From NCBI GenBank assembly GCA_035941675.1, contig DASZDT010000004.1:1837-65836 (forward strand): DNA of 64,000 bases. Direction: 5' to 3'. Each line of letters begins with the position of its first letter. Within the stretch, counting starts at the first letter, position 1. Under the pieces are notes generated by a model. It saw only the letters and a list, made by a program, of their open reading frames with translations. It searched no databases and was not told the DNA's origin. A program made the position numbers and the translations under genes. Below, one piece after another: positions 18,569 through 27,791 of this stretch. The DNA is from Chthoniobacterales bacterium (GTDB taxonomy: Bacteria > Verrucomicrobiota > Verrucomicrobiia > Chthoniobacterales > UBA10450).

Positions 18569-19324
18569 TCACCCCATGTAATAACCACCGTTCACGTTCA
18601 AAACGTGGCCGGTGATGTAGCTCGCCATGGGCGAAGCGAGGAAGAGCGCGGCGTTCACGATTTCATGCACGTCGCCGAGGCGGCCGAGCGGGATCTGCTT
18701 TTTGAAGTTTTCCGTCACTTCGTCGGGCATCCCTTTGCTCATGCCGACGTCGATGAATCCGGGCGCGATCGCGTTCACGGTAATGTTTTGCCGGGCCAGC
18801 TCCCGCGCCGAGACTTTGGTCAGCGCGATGATGGCCGCTTTGCTCGACGAATAATTCGCCTGGCCGAACAATCCCATCTGGCCGCTGACCGACGACAGAT
18901 TGATGACCCGCCCGTCGTTGCGCAGGATCGTTGCCGCCGCCTTGGTGACGTTGAAGGTCCCGGTGACGTTGACGCGGAGGACGCTTTCGAATTCCTCGAC
19001 CGCCATTTTTTTCATCGTCCGGTCGCGGATGATTCCCGAATTGTTGACCAGGACGTCGAGCCCGCCGTGGCGCTCCTGGATCTGCTTCATCATGGCCTCG
19101 ACCTGCGCCGGGTTCGTCACGTCGCACTCAATTACGAGCGGCTCGCGTAACTCCGCCGCAACCTTGGCTGCATCCGTCTTGTTCGTTCCATCCGGATCGG
19201 CCACATAATTCACCACGCACTTCGCCCCGCGCGCTCCAAACGCCTTGATCATTTCCGCCCCGATCCCGCGCGAACTGCCGGTCACGAGAATGATCTTGCC
19301 GCCGAAATCCAAAGGATCACTCAT
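18569..19324 (-). CDS. SDR-family oxidoreductase, 3-oxoacyl-ACP reductase (FabG)-like
   Basis: TGSSRGIG cofactor motif, NNSGI, catalytic YSSSK, C-terminal GHVLNVNGGYYMG. Confidence 0.9.
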   Translation of the reverse strand: MSDPLDFGGKIILVTGSSRGIGAEMIKAFGARGAKCVVNYVADPDGTNKTDAAKVAAELREPLVIECDVTNPAQVEAMMKQIQERHGGLDVLVNNSGIIRDRTMKKMAVEEFESVLRVNVTGTFNVTKAAATILRNDGRVINLSSVSGQMGLFGQANYSSSKAAIIALTKVSARELARQNITVNAIAPGFIDVGMSKGMPDEVTENFKKQIPLGRLGDVHEIVNAALFLASPMASYITGHVLNVNGGYYMG

Positions 19325-19340
19325 GGCAACGAGATACCAT

Positions 19341-19796
19341 TCACGCGGCGGTCGCGCCAGAGAGCCGGCGGATAAGGAGTGAAGTCGGTAACCCGATTAC
19401 GAACATGTGAATCCCGACCTGGATCAGATCGCCGGTCAACGAATGCCGCGGCTTCGCGGCCGACAACGGCAGGACGATCAGGTTCATTACCCCGAAGACA
19501 ATCAACCCATAGACCAACCCCGAGATCACCGCCTGCCGTCGCAGGACGGCGAGCTGGCGACTCGCAGCGTAGAAAATCGCGACCAGACTGAACGCGATCA
19601 AGAAATGCAATCCGAGACCGAGCGCGGCCGTTGCGGTGCCGCCTTGAAACGCCTTCGGCCCGATGAGACCGCTGGCGACGAACTGGAGAAGCCGCGTCAC
19701 AGTCGCTCCGCGCGAAACCGCCTGGATACATGCCGCAGTAATGTCCATCGCGCCGACGATCACTCCTGTGATCGCGATAGTTCGAGCGGCGCGCAT
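19341..19796 (-). CDS. small integral membrane protein (about 4 TM), function unknown
   Basis: Hydrophobic helices (ITGVIVGAMDITAACI, ALGLGLHFLIAFSLVAIFY, ISGLVYGLIVFGVMNLIVL, IQVGIHMFVIGL). Confidence 0.6.
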   Translation of the reverse strand: MRAARTIAITGVIVGAMDITAACIQAVSRGATVTRLLQFVASGLIGPKAFQGGTATAALGLGLHFLIAFSLVAIFYAASRQLAVLRRQAVISGLVYGLIVFGVMNLIVLPLSAAKPRHSLTGDLIQVGIHMFVIGLPTSLLIRRLSGATAA

Positions 19797-19858
19797 CCGG
19801 CGACGTTAGGCTGGAAACGCTTTGCCTGACAAGGGATTGCCGTTAAGTTTTGCGCCTC

Positions 19859-21016
19859 ATGTCCGCACCGATTCGCGTTCTCACCGCCGTTCCGATTTGC
19901 GATGGGCACGACAGCGCGATCAACACGATCAACCTCGAGTTCATCCGGCACGGGATCGAAGTCGTTTATCTCGGGTTCCATCGTTACGTCAGCGATATCG
20001 TCCGCGCCGCGATCCAGGAGGACGTCGCCGCGGTCGGCATCTCCAGTTACAACGGGGGGCACATCGAGTTCTTTGCGGAAGTCGTGAAGCAATTGAAGAA
20101 GCGCGGCGCCGACGACATCAGGGTTTTCGGCGGCGGCGGGGGCACGATCACGCATGATGACCAGCGCATCATGCAGAAGCGCGGCGTGGATAAGATCTTC
20201 TTCGCCGGAACATCGCTGACCGACATGGCGGACTTCGTCCACGACCGGTACGGCAAACGGCCGAAGCGGCGGGCGACGAAAGATTCGGAGATGAATCTCG
20301 CGCGAAAGCTGACCGCGATCGAAGACAGCTACGCGGGGAAAAGTAGAAAGGCTAAAATAGAAAGTAGAAATTCGAAGACCGGTAAGACGCGCGTGATCGG
20401 ATTTACCGGGCCGGGTGGAGCGGGCAAGACAACGCTGATCGACGAGCTGGTGCTGCGGCTGCTGAAGCGCGATCCGAAATCGCGGATCGCGATTCTGTCG
20501 CACGATCCGAGTGTGGTGGGCGCAGGCGCGCTGCTCGGCGATCGCGCCACCATGATCAACTCGCAGGACGACCGGGTTTTCATGCGGAGCATGGCCACGC
20601 GCGGACAGGCCGGCGGATTGTCGCCCGCGACGGAAGATTGCCTGCGGCTCCTCGCGCAGGAAGGATTCGATTACGTCATTATCGAGACGGTCGGCACCGG
20701 CCAGGAAGCGATGCCGTTCCAAAACAAGCTGGTCGATCAAACCGTGCTGGTGATGAACCCGGACTACGGCGCGCGCCTCCAGTTGCAAAAGATCGTGATG
20801 CTCGACCTGGCCGACATTGTGGTGGTGAACAAGAGCGATCAGGAGCGGGCGCGAACCGCGATGAGCGAGATCGAGCGGCGGCTCGAGCTGAACAAACGGG
20901 ACCAGCAACTCGTCGCGACCGTTGCGAAACGGCACCGCGACGCCGGCGTCGATGCGTTGTGTGATTTGCTGACCAAGCCGGGCAGCCCGGCCTCGAAGAA
21001 AGGAAAGAGAAAATGA
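19859..21016 (+). CDS. B12-binding domain fused to MeaB/ArgK-type G-protein chaperone (N-terminal two-thirds of an IcmF-like mutase)
   Basis: VLTAVPICDGHDSAINT (DxH B12-binding motif), then P-loop GFTGPGGAGKTTLIDEL and VVVNKSDQ (NKxD). ATG 19859 preferred over TTG 19850. Confidence 0.85.
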   Translation: MSAPIRVLTAVPICDGHDSAINTINLEFIRHGIEVVYLGFHRYVSDIVRAAIQEDVAAVGISSYNGGHIEFFAEVVKQLKKRGADDIRVFGGGGGTITHDDQRIMQKRGVDKIFFAGTSLTDMADFVHDRYGKRPKRRATKDSEMNLARKLTAIEDSYAGKSRKAKIESRNSKTGKTRVIGFTGPGGAGKTTLIDELVLRLLKRDPKSRIAILSHDPSVVGAGALLGDRATMINSQDDRVFMRSMATRGQAGGLSPATEDCLRLLAQEGFDYVIIETVGTGQEAMPFQNKLVDQTVLVMNPDYGARLQLQKIVMLDLADIVVVNKSDQERARTAMSEIERRLELNKRDQQLVATVAKRHRDAGVDALCDLLTKPGSPASKKGKRK

Positions 21017-22866
21017 GCAAGCTAGGACGAGTGGTGGAAGCGGTCGAGAACTACAACGCGTTCGTCGAGGACGAAGTAAAGCGCGCGCGGACCGACAAAA
21101 AGTTTGGCGACCAGATGGTGAAGCGCTGGAACGAGATCAAGGCCGGCATTCCCGTCGGCACGGCGCCGACCGGTTTGAAATTGCCGCGGCTCGCTTTGCC
21201 GGAGATCGACGAAGCGGGCGACATCACCCGCTACTTGTTAGGTGACGGATTGCCAGGCGAATTCCCGTTCCTCAACGGCGCGTATCGCGAAATGTATCTG
21301 GAGCCGCTCCACAACCCCGCGATCGAGACCGGCACTTACGAGAAGAACGGGCACGGCGCGAAATCGAAGCTCAACGGAAGCAAGAACGGCGCGCGCAACG
21401 GCGCCGTCGCCAAGCCGCAGCAAGCCGAAGAGCCGACTCGTTTGTTCTCCGGCCTGATGCTGGCCGAAGACACCAACGAACGTTTCCATTTTCTCGGACG
21501 CCACCAGCGTTCGAAACGGCTCAGCACCGCGTTTGACGGTCCCACCCTTTACGGGATCGATTCCGACGCGCCCGGGATTCTCGGCAAAATCGGCGAGGGC
21601 GGGGTCGCGGTCGACACCGTCGAGGACATGGTCCGGCTTTACGATGGATTCGATCTTGGGTCGCCGGATTTCTCGGCGTCGATGACGATCAGCGGCCCGG
21701 CCCCGATCATCATGGCGATGTACATCGCGGCGGCGAAACGGCGGTTCGGTCCGGGCGTTGTCCCGAAACTTCGCGGCACCATCCAGGCCGACATTTTCAA
21801 GGAAGTCCAGGCGCAGAACGAGACGATCTTCCCGGTGGAAGCGTCGTTGCGGTTCCTGACGGACATGATGGAATTCACGACGCGCGAGATGCCGCGCTGG
21901 TACCCGGTTTCAATCAGCGGCTATCACATCGGCGAAGCGGGTTCGACGCCGGTCCAGCAGGCGGCTTACACGCTCTCGAACGGTTTCGCGTATGCGGAGA
22001 TGATGGCGGCGCGCGGCATTCCCGTGGATGAGTTCGGCCCCCGGCTCTCGTTCTTTCTCGATTGCGGACTCGATGTCGAATACATCGCGCTGACTCGCGT
22101 CTCGCGTCGCATCTGGGCGATCGGAATGCGGGACGCATTCGGCGCCGGCCACAAGGCGCAAATGTTCAAGGTGCACACCCAGACGAGCGGCCGTTCCCTC
22201 GTCGCGGCGGAATTCAAGAACAACCTCACCCGCACGGCCGCCGAGCTGATGCTTTCCTACATGAACGGGACCAACTCGTGCCACTCGAACAGCGCCGACG
22301 AGCCGTTCACCACGCCGAGCGAAGAATGGATCCGTCTCGCGGCGCATGGCCAGGCGATCCTGCTCGACGAGTCCGGCATCTTCAAACACACGATGAACAT
22401 GCTGAGCGGATCGCCCGGGATGAAGGCGGTCGAGCGGGCCGTGGAAGCCGCGATCCTGGAAGAATTCCGCGAGATCGAGCGCCTCGGCGGAGTGATGGGG
22501 TCGGTCGAGAATCGTTATCAACGCAGCCAGATCCAGGCGGCGGCGCATCGTTACGAACAGCAGATCTACAGCGGCGTCCGGCCCATCATTGCCCTGAACA
22601 AGTACCGCAACGACAGCGAGGAGATGCCGGAGTTCGAGCTCGCCCGGACCCCGCGCGCCCGGCAGCAGTTGCAGGTCGATCGCCTGAAGAAGTTCAAGCA
22701 AAAGAACGCGGCCAAGGCCGGGAAGGCGCTCGAGAAACTGGCCGCCGTGGTGGAGACCGATGAGAACTGCTTCCCGGCCCTGCTCGAAGCCGCCGAGGTC
22801 TGCTCGTTAGGCCAGATCTGCGAACGCCTGCAGGAAGTCGTGGGGCGGTTCCGGCCAATGGTGTAG
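21013..22866 (+). CDS. methylmalonyl-CoA mutase-family substrate-binding (TIM barrel) subunit, IcmF C-terminal-like
   Basis: RLSTAFDGPTLYGIDSD, GEGGVAVDTVEDMVRLYDGFDL, SASMTISGPAPIIMAMYIAAA, GTIQADIFKE. ATGA overlap with the preceding B12/MeaB gene. Confidence 0.9.
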   Translation: MSKLGRVVEAVENYNAFVEDEVKRARTDKKFGDQMVKRWNEIKAGIPVGTAPTGLKLPRLALPEIDEAGDITRYLLGDGLPGEFPFLNGAYREMYLEPLHNPAIETGTYEKNGHGAKSKLNGSKNGARNGAVAKPQQAEEPTRLFSGLMLAEDTNERFHFLGRHQRSKRLSTAFDGPTLYGIDSDAPGILGKIGEGGVAVDTVEDMVRLYDGFDLGSPDFSASMTISGPAPIIMAMYIAAAKRRFGPGVVPKLRGTIQADIFKEVQAQNETIFPVEASLRFLTDMMEFTTREMPRWYPVSISGYHIGEAGSTPVQQAAYTLSNGFAYAEMMAARGIPVDEFGPRLSFFLDCGLDVEYIALTRVSRRIWAIGMRDAFGAGHKAQMFKVHTQTSGRSLVAAEFKNNLTRTAAELMLSYMNGTNSCHSNSADEPFTTPSEEWIRLAAHGQAILLDESGIFKHTMNMLSGSPGMKAVERAVEAAILEEFREIERLGGVMGSVENRYQRSQIQAAAHRYEQQIYSGVRPIIALNKYRNDSEEMPEFELARTPRARQQLQVDRLKKFKQKNAAKAGKALEKLAAVVETDENCFPALLEAAEVCSLGQICERLQEVVGRFRPMV

Positions 22867-22872
22867 GCGCCG

Positions 22873-23301
22873 CTACTTTTTTGCGACCCGCGTCAGCCGG
22901 ATGTTCTTGCCGTAGAAGGCCAGGCAGCGCGGCTCGACGACGTGGGTGGCGTTGATCGACACGATAATGTCGCGGCCGGCACGCGTGATCGTGCCCGTTC
23001 CCGAATTCTCGAAACTGTCCTGGAACCGGAACGTAAGCGTGTTTCCGGAAACCATCGCGGGTCCTTCCGCTTCCGGCGCGGCGCCGTGACCATCGGCCCA
23101 GGCTGCATCAAAGGCGACCTGGGTTCTGGCTCCCGATTCTTCGATCGTCAGTTGAAACACCGCGCGGCCGCCGAGAAATTTCTTGTCCGTGTACTGACCG
23201 GCCCAGCCTGATGAGTCAGTCGCGCGAGCGGAGAGACTGAAGAGACCGAGAAGCACAACGGTCGTGGCAAGCTGCCGGAAGAAAGAGAGCCGCGTATTCA
23301 T
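22873..23301 (-). CDS. small secreted hypothetical protein (142 aa)
   Basis: ATG at 23301 gives the signal-like MNTRLSFFRQLATTVVLLGLFSLSARA. The upstream part of the track ORF is implausible. Confidence 0.5.
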   Translation of the reverse strand: MNTRLSFFRQLATTVVLLGLFSLSARATDSSGWAGQYTDKKFLGGRAVFQLTIEESGARTQVAFDAAWADGHGAAPEAEGPAMVSGNTLTFRFQDSFENSGTGTITRAGRDIIVSINATHVVEPRCLAFYGKNIRLTRVAKK

Positions 23302-23370
23302 TCGCGGAGTATCGAACCGGTTTGCGGTTTGCGCCATCGAATCAGATTTGTCCGCATCGCAGCGGTCGTT

Positions 23371-24669
23371 ATGCTGGCCATCGTCATGGCTAACGGCGGA
23401 CTGGATGCGGGGACGACGGCGCGCGGGAAAATCGCGTGGCGGCTGCTGCCGTTCCTTTTCCTGCTCTACGTCGCGAACTATCTCGATCGCACCAACATCG
23501 CCTACGCCACCCTGGGAATGAAAGGCGATCTCCGGCTGAACGATTCCGTCTTCGGCACCGCGAGCGGCATCTTTTTCATCGGCTATTTCGCGTTGCAAAT
23601 CCCGGGCGCGGTTTTGGTGGAACGCTGGAGCGCCCGCCGTTTGCTCGCGATTACCCTGATCGCGTGGGGCGCGCTCACGACGTTGACCGGGTTTGTCCGG
23701 ACGCCCACGGAACTTTACGGCGCCCGTTTTTTGTTAGGCGCGGCCGAGGCCGGATTTTTCCCGGGCGTGATCGTGTATCTGTCGCACTGGTTCGTCTACG
23801 AGGACCGCGCCAAAGCCGTCGCGCGATTCATGTCCGCCATCCCGATCGCTTACATTCTCGGCGGACCACTGGCGGGCGCGATCCTCGGAATGAACTGGCT
23901 GGGCACAGCGGGATGGCGATGGTTATTCCTGCTGGAAGGCGTGCCGGCTGTCGTGCTCGGCGTCGTGACTTTCTTCGTGCTGCCGGATCGGCCTAACGAG
24001 GCCAGCTGGCTCACGCCTGGCGAGCGCGAGTGGATGAGCTCACGCCTCGGCGAAGAGCGCCGGGCCAAGGCCAACACCGGGCAGATGTCGATCTGGCAGG
24101 CGCTGCGACATCCGGCCGTGATCATCCTCACGATCGGATTGTTCTTCTGCTACAGCGGCGGCTACATTTTCTGGTTCTGGATGCCGACGCTGCTCAAGCG
24201 CATGACCGGATGGAGCGACGCCGAGGTCGGCTGGATGGGGGCGATACCTTTCATGGGCGGTCTCATCGGCATGCTCCTCGTCGGCTGGAGCTCCGACCGC
24301 ACCCGGGAACGGCGGTGGCACTTCGCGCTGCCCCAGCTCACCGCGGCGGCCGGGCTCGCCGCCTGGTTCGTCCTGCCGCATTCGAACGCCGCGCTGCTGG
24401 CCGTGTTCACGCTCATCGGCTTCGGCACCGTCGCATATCTTCCGGCGTTCTGGGCTTTGCCCTCTGCATTTCTCTCCAGCGCCGCGGCCGCGGCCGCCGT
24501 TGGCTTCATTAATTGCATGGCCAGCATCGGCGGCTTCGCCGGCCCCAAAATCTTCGGCGACCTCAGCCAGCGAACCGGTTCGTTCAACACTGGTTTTGCC
24601 GTGATGATCGCGTGCTGGGTGATCGCGTCGGTCCTGGTTCTCGTTTGTCCACGAGAACCAGCCAGATAG
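23371..24669 (+). CDS. MFS transporter (anion:cation symporter-like)
   Basis: WRLLPFLFLLYVANYLDRTNIAYA, 12-TM-like hydrophobicity. Start uncertain (TTG 23329, ATG 23371 or ATG 23386). Confidence 0.85.
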   Translation: MLAIVMANGGLDAGTTARGKIAWRLLPFLFLLYVANYLDRTNIAYATLGMKGDLRLNDSVFGTASGIFFIGYFALQIPGAVLVERWSARRLLAITLIAWGALTTLTGFVRTPTELYGARFLLGAAEAGFFPGVIVYLSHWFVYEDRAKAVARFMSAIPIAYILGGPLAGAILGMNWLGTAGWRWLFLLEGVPAVVLGVVTFFVLPDRPNEASWLTPGEREWMSSRLGEERRAKANTGQMSIWQALRHPAVIILTIGLFFCYSGGYIFWFWMPTLLKRMTGWSDAEVGWMGAIPFMGGLIGMLLVGWSSDRTRERRWHFALPQLTAAAGLAAWFVLPHSNAALLAVFTLIGFGTVAYLPAFWALPSAFLSSAAAAAAVGFINCMASIGGFAGPKIFGDLSQRTGSFNTGFAVMIACWVIASVLVLVCPREPAR

Positions 24670-24671
24670 CG

Positions 24672-26027
24672 TCAGCTCTTCAGGGCAACCTCAAACGGCG
24701 CGCCGGTCTTGGCGCGGACGTCATCGACCGTGGCGCCGGGTTGCAGCTCTATCAGGACAAGCCCGCCGCCTGGTTTCACCTCGAAGACAGCGAGATCGGT
24801 GATGATGAGATTGACGACGCCGAGACCGGTGATCGGCAGGGTGCATTCCTTCAAAATCTTCGGGCTGCCGTCCTTCGACGTGTGCTCCATCACGGCGACG
24901 ACTCGCTTCACGCCCGCCACCAGGTCCATCGCGCCGCCCGGCCCTTTCACCATCTTGCCCGGGATCATCCAATTCGCGATGTCGCCCTTGTCGGTCACTT
25001 CAAACGCGCCGAGAATCGCGAGGTCGATATGCCCGCCGCGAATTTGGGCGAAGGAATCCGCGCTCGAGAAAAAGGCCGAGCCGGGCATGGTCGTGATCGT
25101 CTGTTTGCCGGCGTTGATCAGGTCGGGGTCCTCTTTGCCGGGTTGCGGAAACGGGCCGATGCCTAACAACCCGTTCTCCGATTGCAGCGTCACATTCATT
25201 CCTTCGGGAATGTAATTCGCGACCAGCGTCGGAATGCCGATACCCAGATTGACGTAATACCCTTCGCGTAATTCCTGCGCGGCGCGTTTCGCGAGCAGAT
25301 CGCGGATCGAGGAACCGGCCTTCGCGACCGCGGCGCCCTGGACCGTGCGGAACTCAATCCGCTTCTCGTAGTTCGCTCCCTGAATGATCCGATCGACGTA
25401 AATCCCCGGCGTGTGAACCTGATCCGGATCGAGCTCGCCCACTTCAACCAGCTCTTCGACTTCCGCGACGCAAACCTTCCCGCAGGTCGCGATCATCGGA
25501 TTGAAGTTCCGCGACGTCATTCGGTAGATGAGGTTCCCGGATTTATCGCCCTTCCACGCTTTCACGAGCGAGACTTCGGCTTTGATGCCCGGCTCGAGGA
25601 CGTATTCCTTGCCGTCGAAAGTTTTCGTCTCCTTGCCCTCGGTCAGTTTGGTGGCGAACCCCGTCCGCGTGTAGAACCCGGGAATGCCGGCGCCTCCCGC
25701 GCGCAATCGCTCGGCGAGCGTCCCCTGCGGGATCAGTTCCAGCTCGAGCTCGCCGCTCAACACCTGGCGCTCGAATTCCTTGTTCTCGCCGACATACGAC
25801 GCCATAACCTTCTTCACCTGTCGGGTCGTAAGAAGAACGCCCATGCCGAACCCATCGACTCCCGCGTTGTTGCCGACGATCGTGAGGCCCTTCACGCCAC
25901 TCTCGTGCAACGCCGCGATCAAATTCTCCGGAATCCCGCAAAGCCCGAAGCCGCCCGCGGCAATCGTCATGTTGTCGTGGAGCAGACCAGCCAGCGCTGC
26001 CTTGGCGTCAGGGTAAACTTTGCTCAT
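24672..26027 (-). CDS. fused 3-oxoacid CoA-transferase (A and B subunits in one 451-aa chain)
   Basis: A-part [40 protein letters not shown]-part [31 protein letters not shown] (catalytic Glu motif SENG), GGAMDLV. Confidence 0.9.
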   Translation of the reverse strand: MSKVYPDAKAALAGLLHDNMTIAAGGFGLCGIPENLIAALHESGVKGLTIVGNNAGVDGFGMGVLLTTRQVKKVMASYVGENKEFERQVLSGELELELIPQGTLAERLRAGGAGIPGFYTRTGFATKLTEGKETKTFDGKEYVLEPGIKAEVSLVKAWKGDKSGNLIYRMTSRNFNPMIATCGKVCVAEVEELVEVGELDPDQVHTPGIYVDRIIQGANYEKRIEFRTVQGAAVAKAGSSIRDLLAKRAAQELREGYYVNLGIGIPTLVANYIPEGMNVTLQSENGLLGIGPFPQPGKEDPDLINAGKQTITTMPGSAFFSSADSFAQIRGGHIDLAILGAFEVTDKGDIANWMIPGKMVKGPGGAMDLVAGVKRVVAVMEHTSKDGSPKILKECTLPITGLGVVNLIITDLAVFEVKPGGGLVLIELQPGATVDDVRAKTGAPFEVALKS

Positions 26028-26077
26028 GTGGACCGAAATCTAAGCACGGATTCCAGGGATCGGCACGGATGAATTCC
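25992..26077. repeat. direct repeat copy A: 5' end (12 codons) plus 50-nt leader of the fused CoA-transferase gene
   Basis: Aligns without indels to 27756-27841 (offset 1764 nt). 41/44 identical in the leader part (26034-26077), roughly 72/86 overall by hand. Confidence 0.8.
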
Positions 26078-26229
26078 TAGGCGATCCCGGGACCCACTCG
26101 TCGCGTGGGGCCCTTGGACACACCCTCGCTGTCGTCAACAGGCAACTCGATATCCCGGGCCTATCCTCGCCGCGCTCGGTTCTGGTTCGGTTAGCGCGTC
26201 AGCGTGGACTCGCTCCAAGAAAAAAACGC

Positions 26230-26258
26230 TTGAAAGACCTTAACGATATGAGCATATA
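26230..26258 (+). promoter_or_regulatory. possible sigma70-like promoter for the DUF4062-like/ACT gene (TTGAAA-17 nt-CATATA)
   Basis: Read by eye about 75 nt upstream of ATG 26331. Weak -10. No experimental or statistical support. Confidence 0.2.
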
Positions 26259-26330
26259 GGGACAGCATTCCCCGGAATAAAAGCTCTGGCATTTTAGCCA
26301 AGCACAACCCTCTCTGAATCCCCTCTCGCC

Positions 26331-27704
26331 ATGCCTACCCCTGATAAAGTAGAGCCACGTACCGTTCTCATTAGCAGCCGCATTGACGAGCTCGGTTCCT
26401 CGCGCCGAGCGGCTTTTCGTGCGGTTCACGATGAGGGTTGGATCCCGCTCCTCTATGAAACTGAACCGCTTGCATGGTTAGCCGCCCAGCGACACGCACG
26501 GCGGAAAGGGCAACAGCCTGTTCAACACGTAATGCAGGATAATGAGATCGAACGGTTGACGATGAACAGCCTTCTCAATACTGCCGACCATTTCATTGGC
26601 ATCTACGGGACTTCCCTGGGTGAGCCAAGTCCCCAGCTGAGTGGCCTCCGTCCAATTGAATACGAATTCGTACGCTTTCTGGTGGGCCATGTGTTGGGGA
26701 ACGAGAACGCGAACGAAGAGCGGCTGGCCGATATGTTTCGTTCGAACCCTTCTCCTGCAGGTTTTCGGGCTGCACGGGATAAATTACGACGGGCCGTCAG
26801 AAGCATTTATGACGAGTCAAGCGACTATCACAAAGTGTTCCGTAAGCGGATGGCGTTATACCTTAAGAAGCCGCCGAGCGATGTTTCTCCCCCCTCTTCC
26901 ATGTACGCGATCATCAACAAGTTGCGCCGGGCTGTTCCGGGCGAGCAGATCTGCTTCTTTACGTCTGAATTCGAGCAGGTTGCAAGTGGGGCCGTCGTGT
27001 ATTGCAGACCAAGTTCTCACCTTTATGTGAAGATCCGTTTGCAGATTCAGCAATGGCGTCTTAACGGCGACCTTCCAAACACATCGAGGCCGCAGGGCGG
27101 CGAGTTTTCGTTCGAGGTTGTGTCGCGCGAGCACGTGGGCGCGGTTCTCCACGTCGTGAGATCCATTTTTTACGAGGGCTATAACGTGCGAAAGCTGAGC
27201 TTGGGCATGAACGAACAAGCGGAGCGGGTCATGCACGTCACGGTGAAGCCCTATTTGCACGCTCGAGGTGATCTCCGTGAGCAGCTAAATACACATTACG
27301 GTTGTGAGGTGCGCGACTGCCCAAATCCGCACGCCGTAAAACCCCTTTCGGGCGATGTTGCGATACGGCAACTAGAGATGATCGTCGCCGATCGTCCCGG
27401 GATGTTGGCGCGCGCCTTAGCCGCTCTCGCGCTTCTGGATATGCAAGTGCTCGAAATACGAATGGAAGATGCCGAGCATAGTGGAGGACCGGGCCGTGGG
27501 CCACGTAACCACGTTTGGGTGACCTTCGAGGAATCGCGAGGCTCGGAGGTGAAGAAGGACAAGAGTATGCTTCACGATTTTCAGTTGCCTGACGATCGGC
27601 AATTCAAACTTGACTTCATCGCGGCCGACTTGGCCTCACAACCGGGGTTTTACTCCGTGATTCTTACTAATATGGCGAGCAACGCCTCTCGTGCTCAGAG
27701 TTAA
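26331..27704 (+). CDS. DUF4062-like (TIR/nucleoside-deoxyribosyltransferase-like) N-terminal domain fused to two ACT-like domains, 457 aa
   Basis: N-terminus VLISSRIDELGSSRRAAFRAVHDEGWIPLLYE ... ADHFIGIYGTSLGE ... LRPIEYEF follows my recollection of the DUF4062 consensus (vFiSS..DL..eR......l...G..pv..E ... cDvyvgilG.rYG ... S.TelEy). C-terminus FSFEVVSREHVGAVLHVVRSIFYEGYNVRKLSL and LEMIVADRPGMLARALAALALLDMQVLEIRME are ACT-like. Confidence 0.75.
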   Translation: MPTPDKVEPRTVLISSRIDELGSSRRAAFRAVHDEGWIPLLYETEPLAWLAAQRHARRKGQQPVQHVMQDNEIERLTMNSLLNTADHFIGIYGTSLGEPSPQLSGLRPIEYEFVRFLVGHVLGNENANEERLADMFRSNPSPAGFRAARDKLRRAVRSIYDESSDYHKVFRKRMALYLKKPPSDVSPPSSMYAIINKLRRAVPGEQICFFTSEFEQVASGAVVYCRPSSHLYVKIRLQIQQWRLNGDLPNTSRPQGGEFSFEVVSREHVGAVLHVVRSIFYEGYNVRKLSLGMNEQAERVMHVTVKPYLHARGDLREQLNTHYGCEVRDCPNPHAVKPLSGDVAIRQLEMIVADRPGMLARALAALALLDMQVLEIRMEDAEHSGGPGRGPRNHVWVTFEESRGSEVKKDKSMLHDFQLPDDRQFKLDFIAADLASQPGFYSVILTNMASNASRAQS

Positions 27705-27734
27705 GTACCAATTGATCCGTTCGAGACCTTCATG

Positions 27735-27791
27735 TCAGCAATGGCGCACTGCCTCAAGCGCAGTCTTGGCGTCGGAATAAACCTTGTTCAT
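27735..27791 (-). pseudogene. 18-codon relic of a CoA-transferase 5' end (MNKVYSDAKTALEAVRHC*)
   Basis: Compare the intact gene [16 protein letters not shown]. Part of direct repeat copy B. Confidence 0.65.

Noticed and set aside
26199-26429. 76-aa minus-strand ORF overlapping the start of the DUF4062-like/ACT gene.
   Set aside because: It is antisense to a well-supported gene and its leader, and no motifs were seen.
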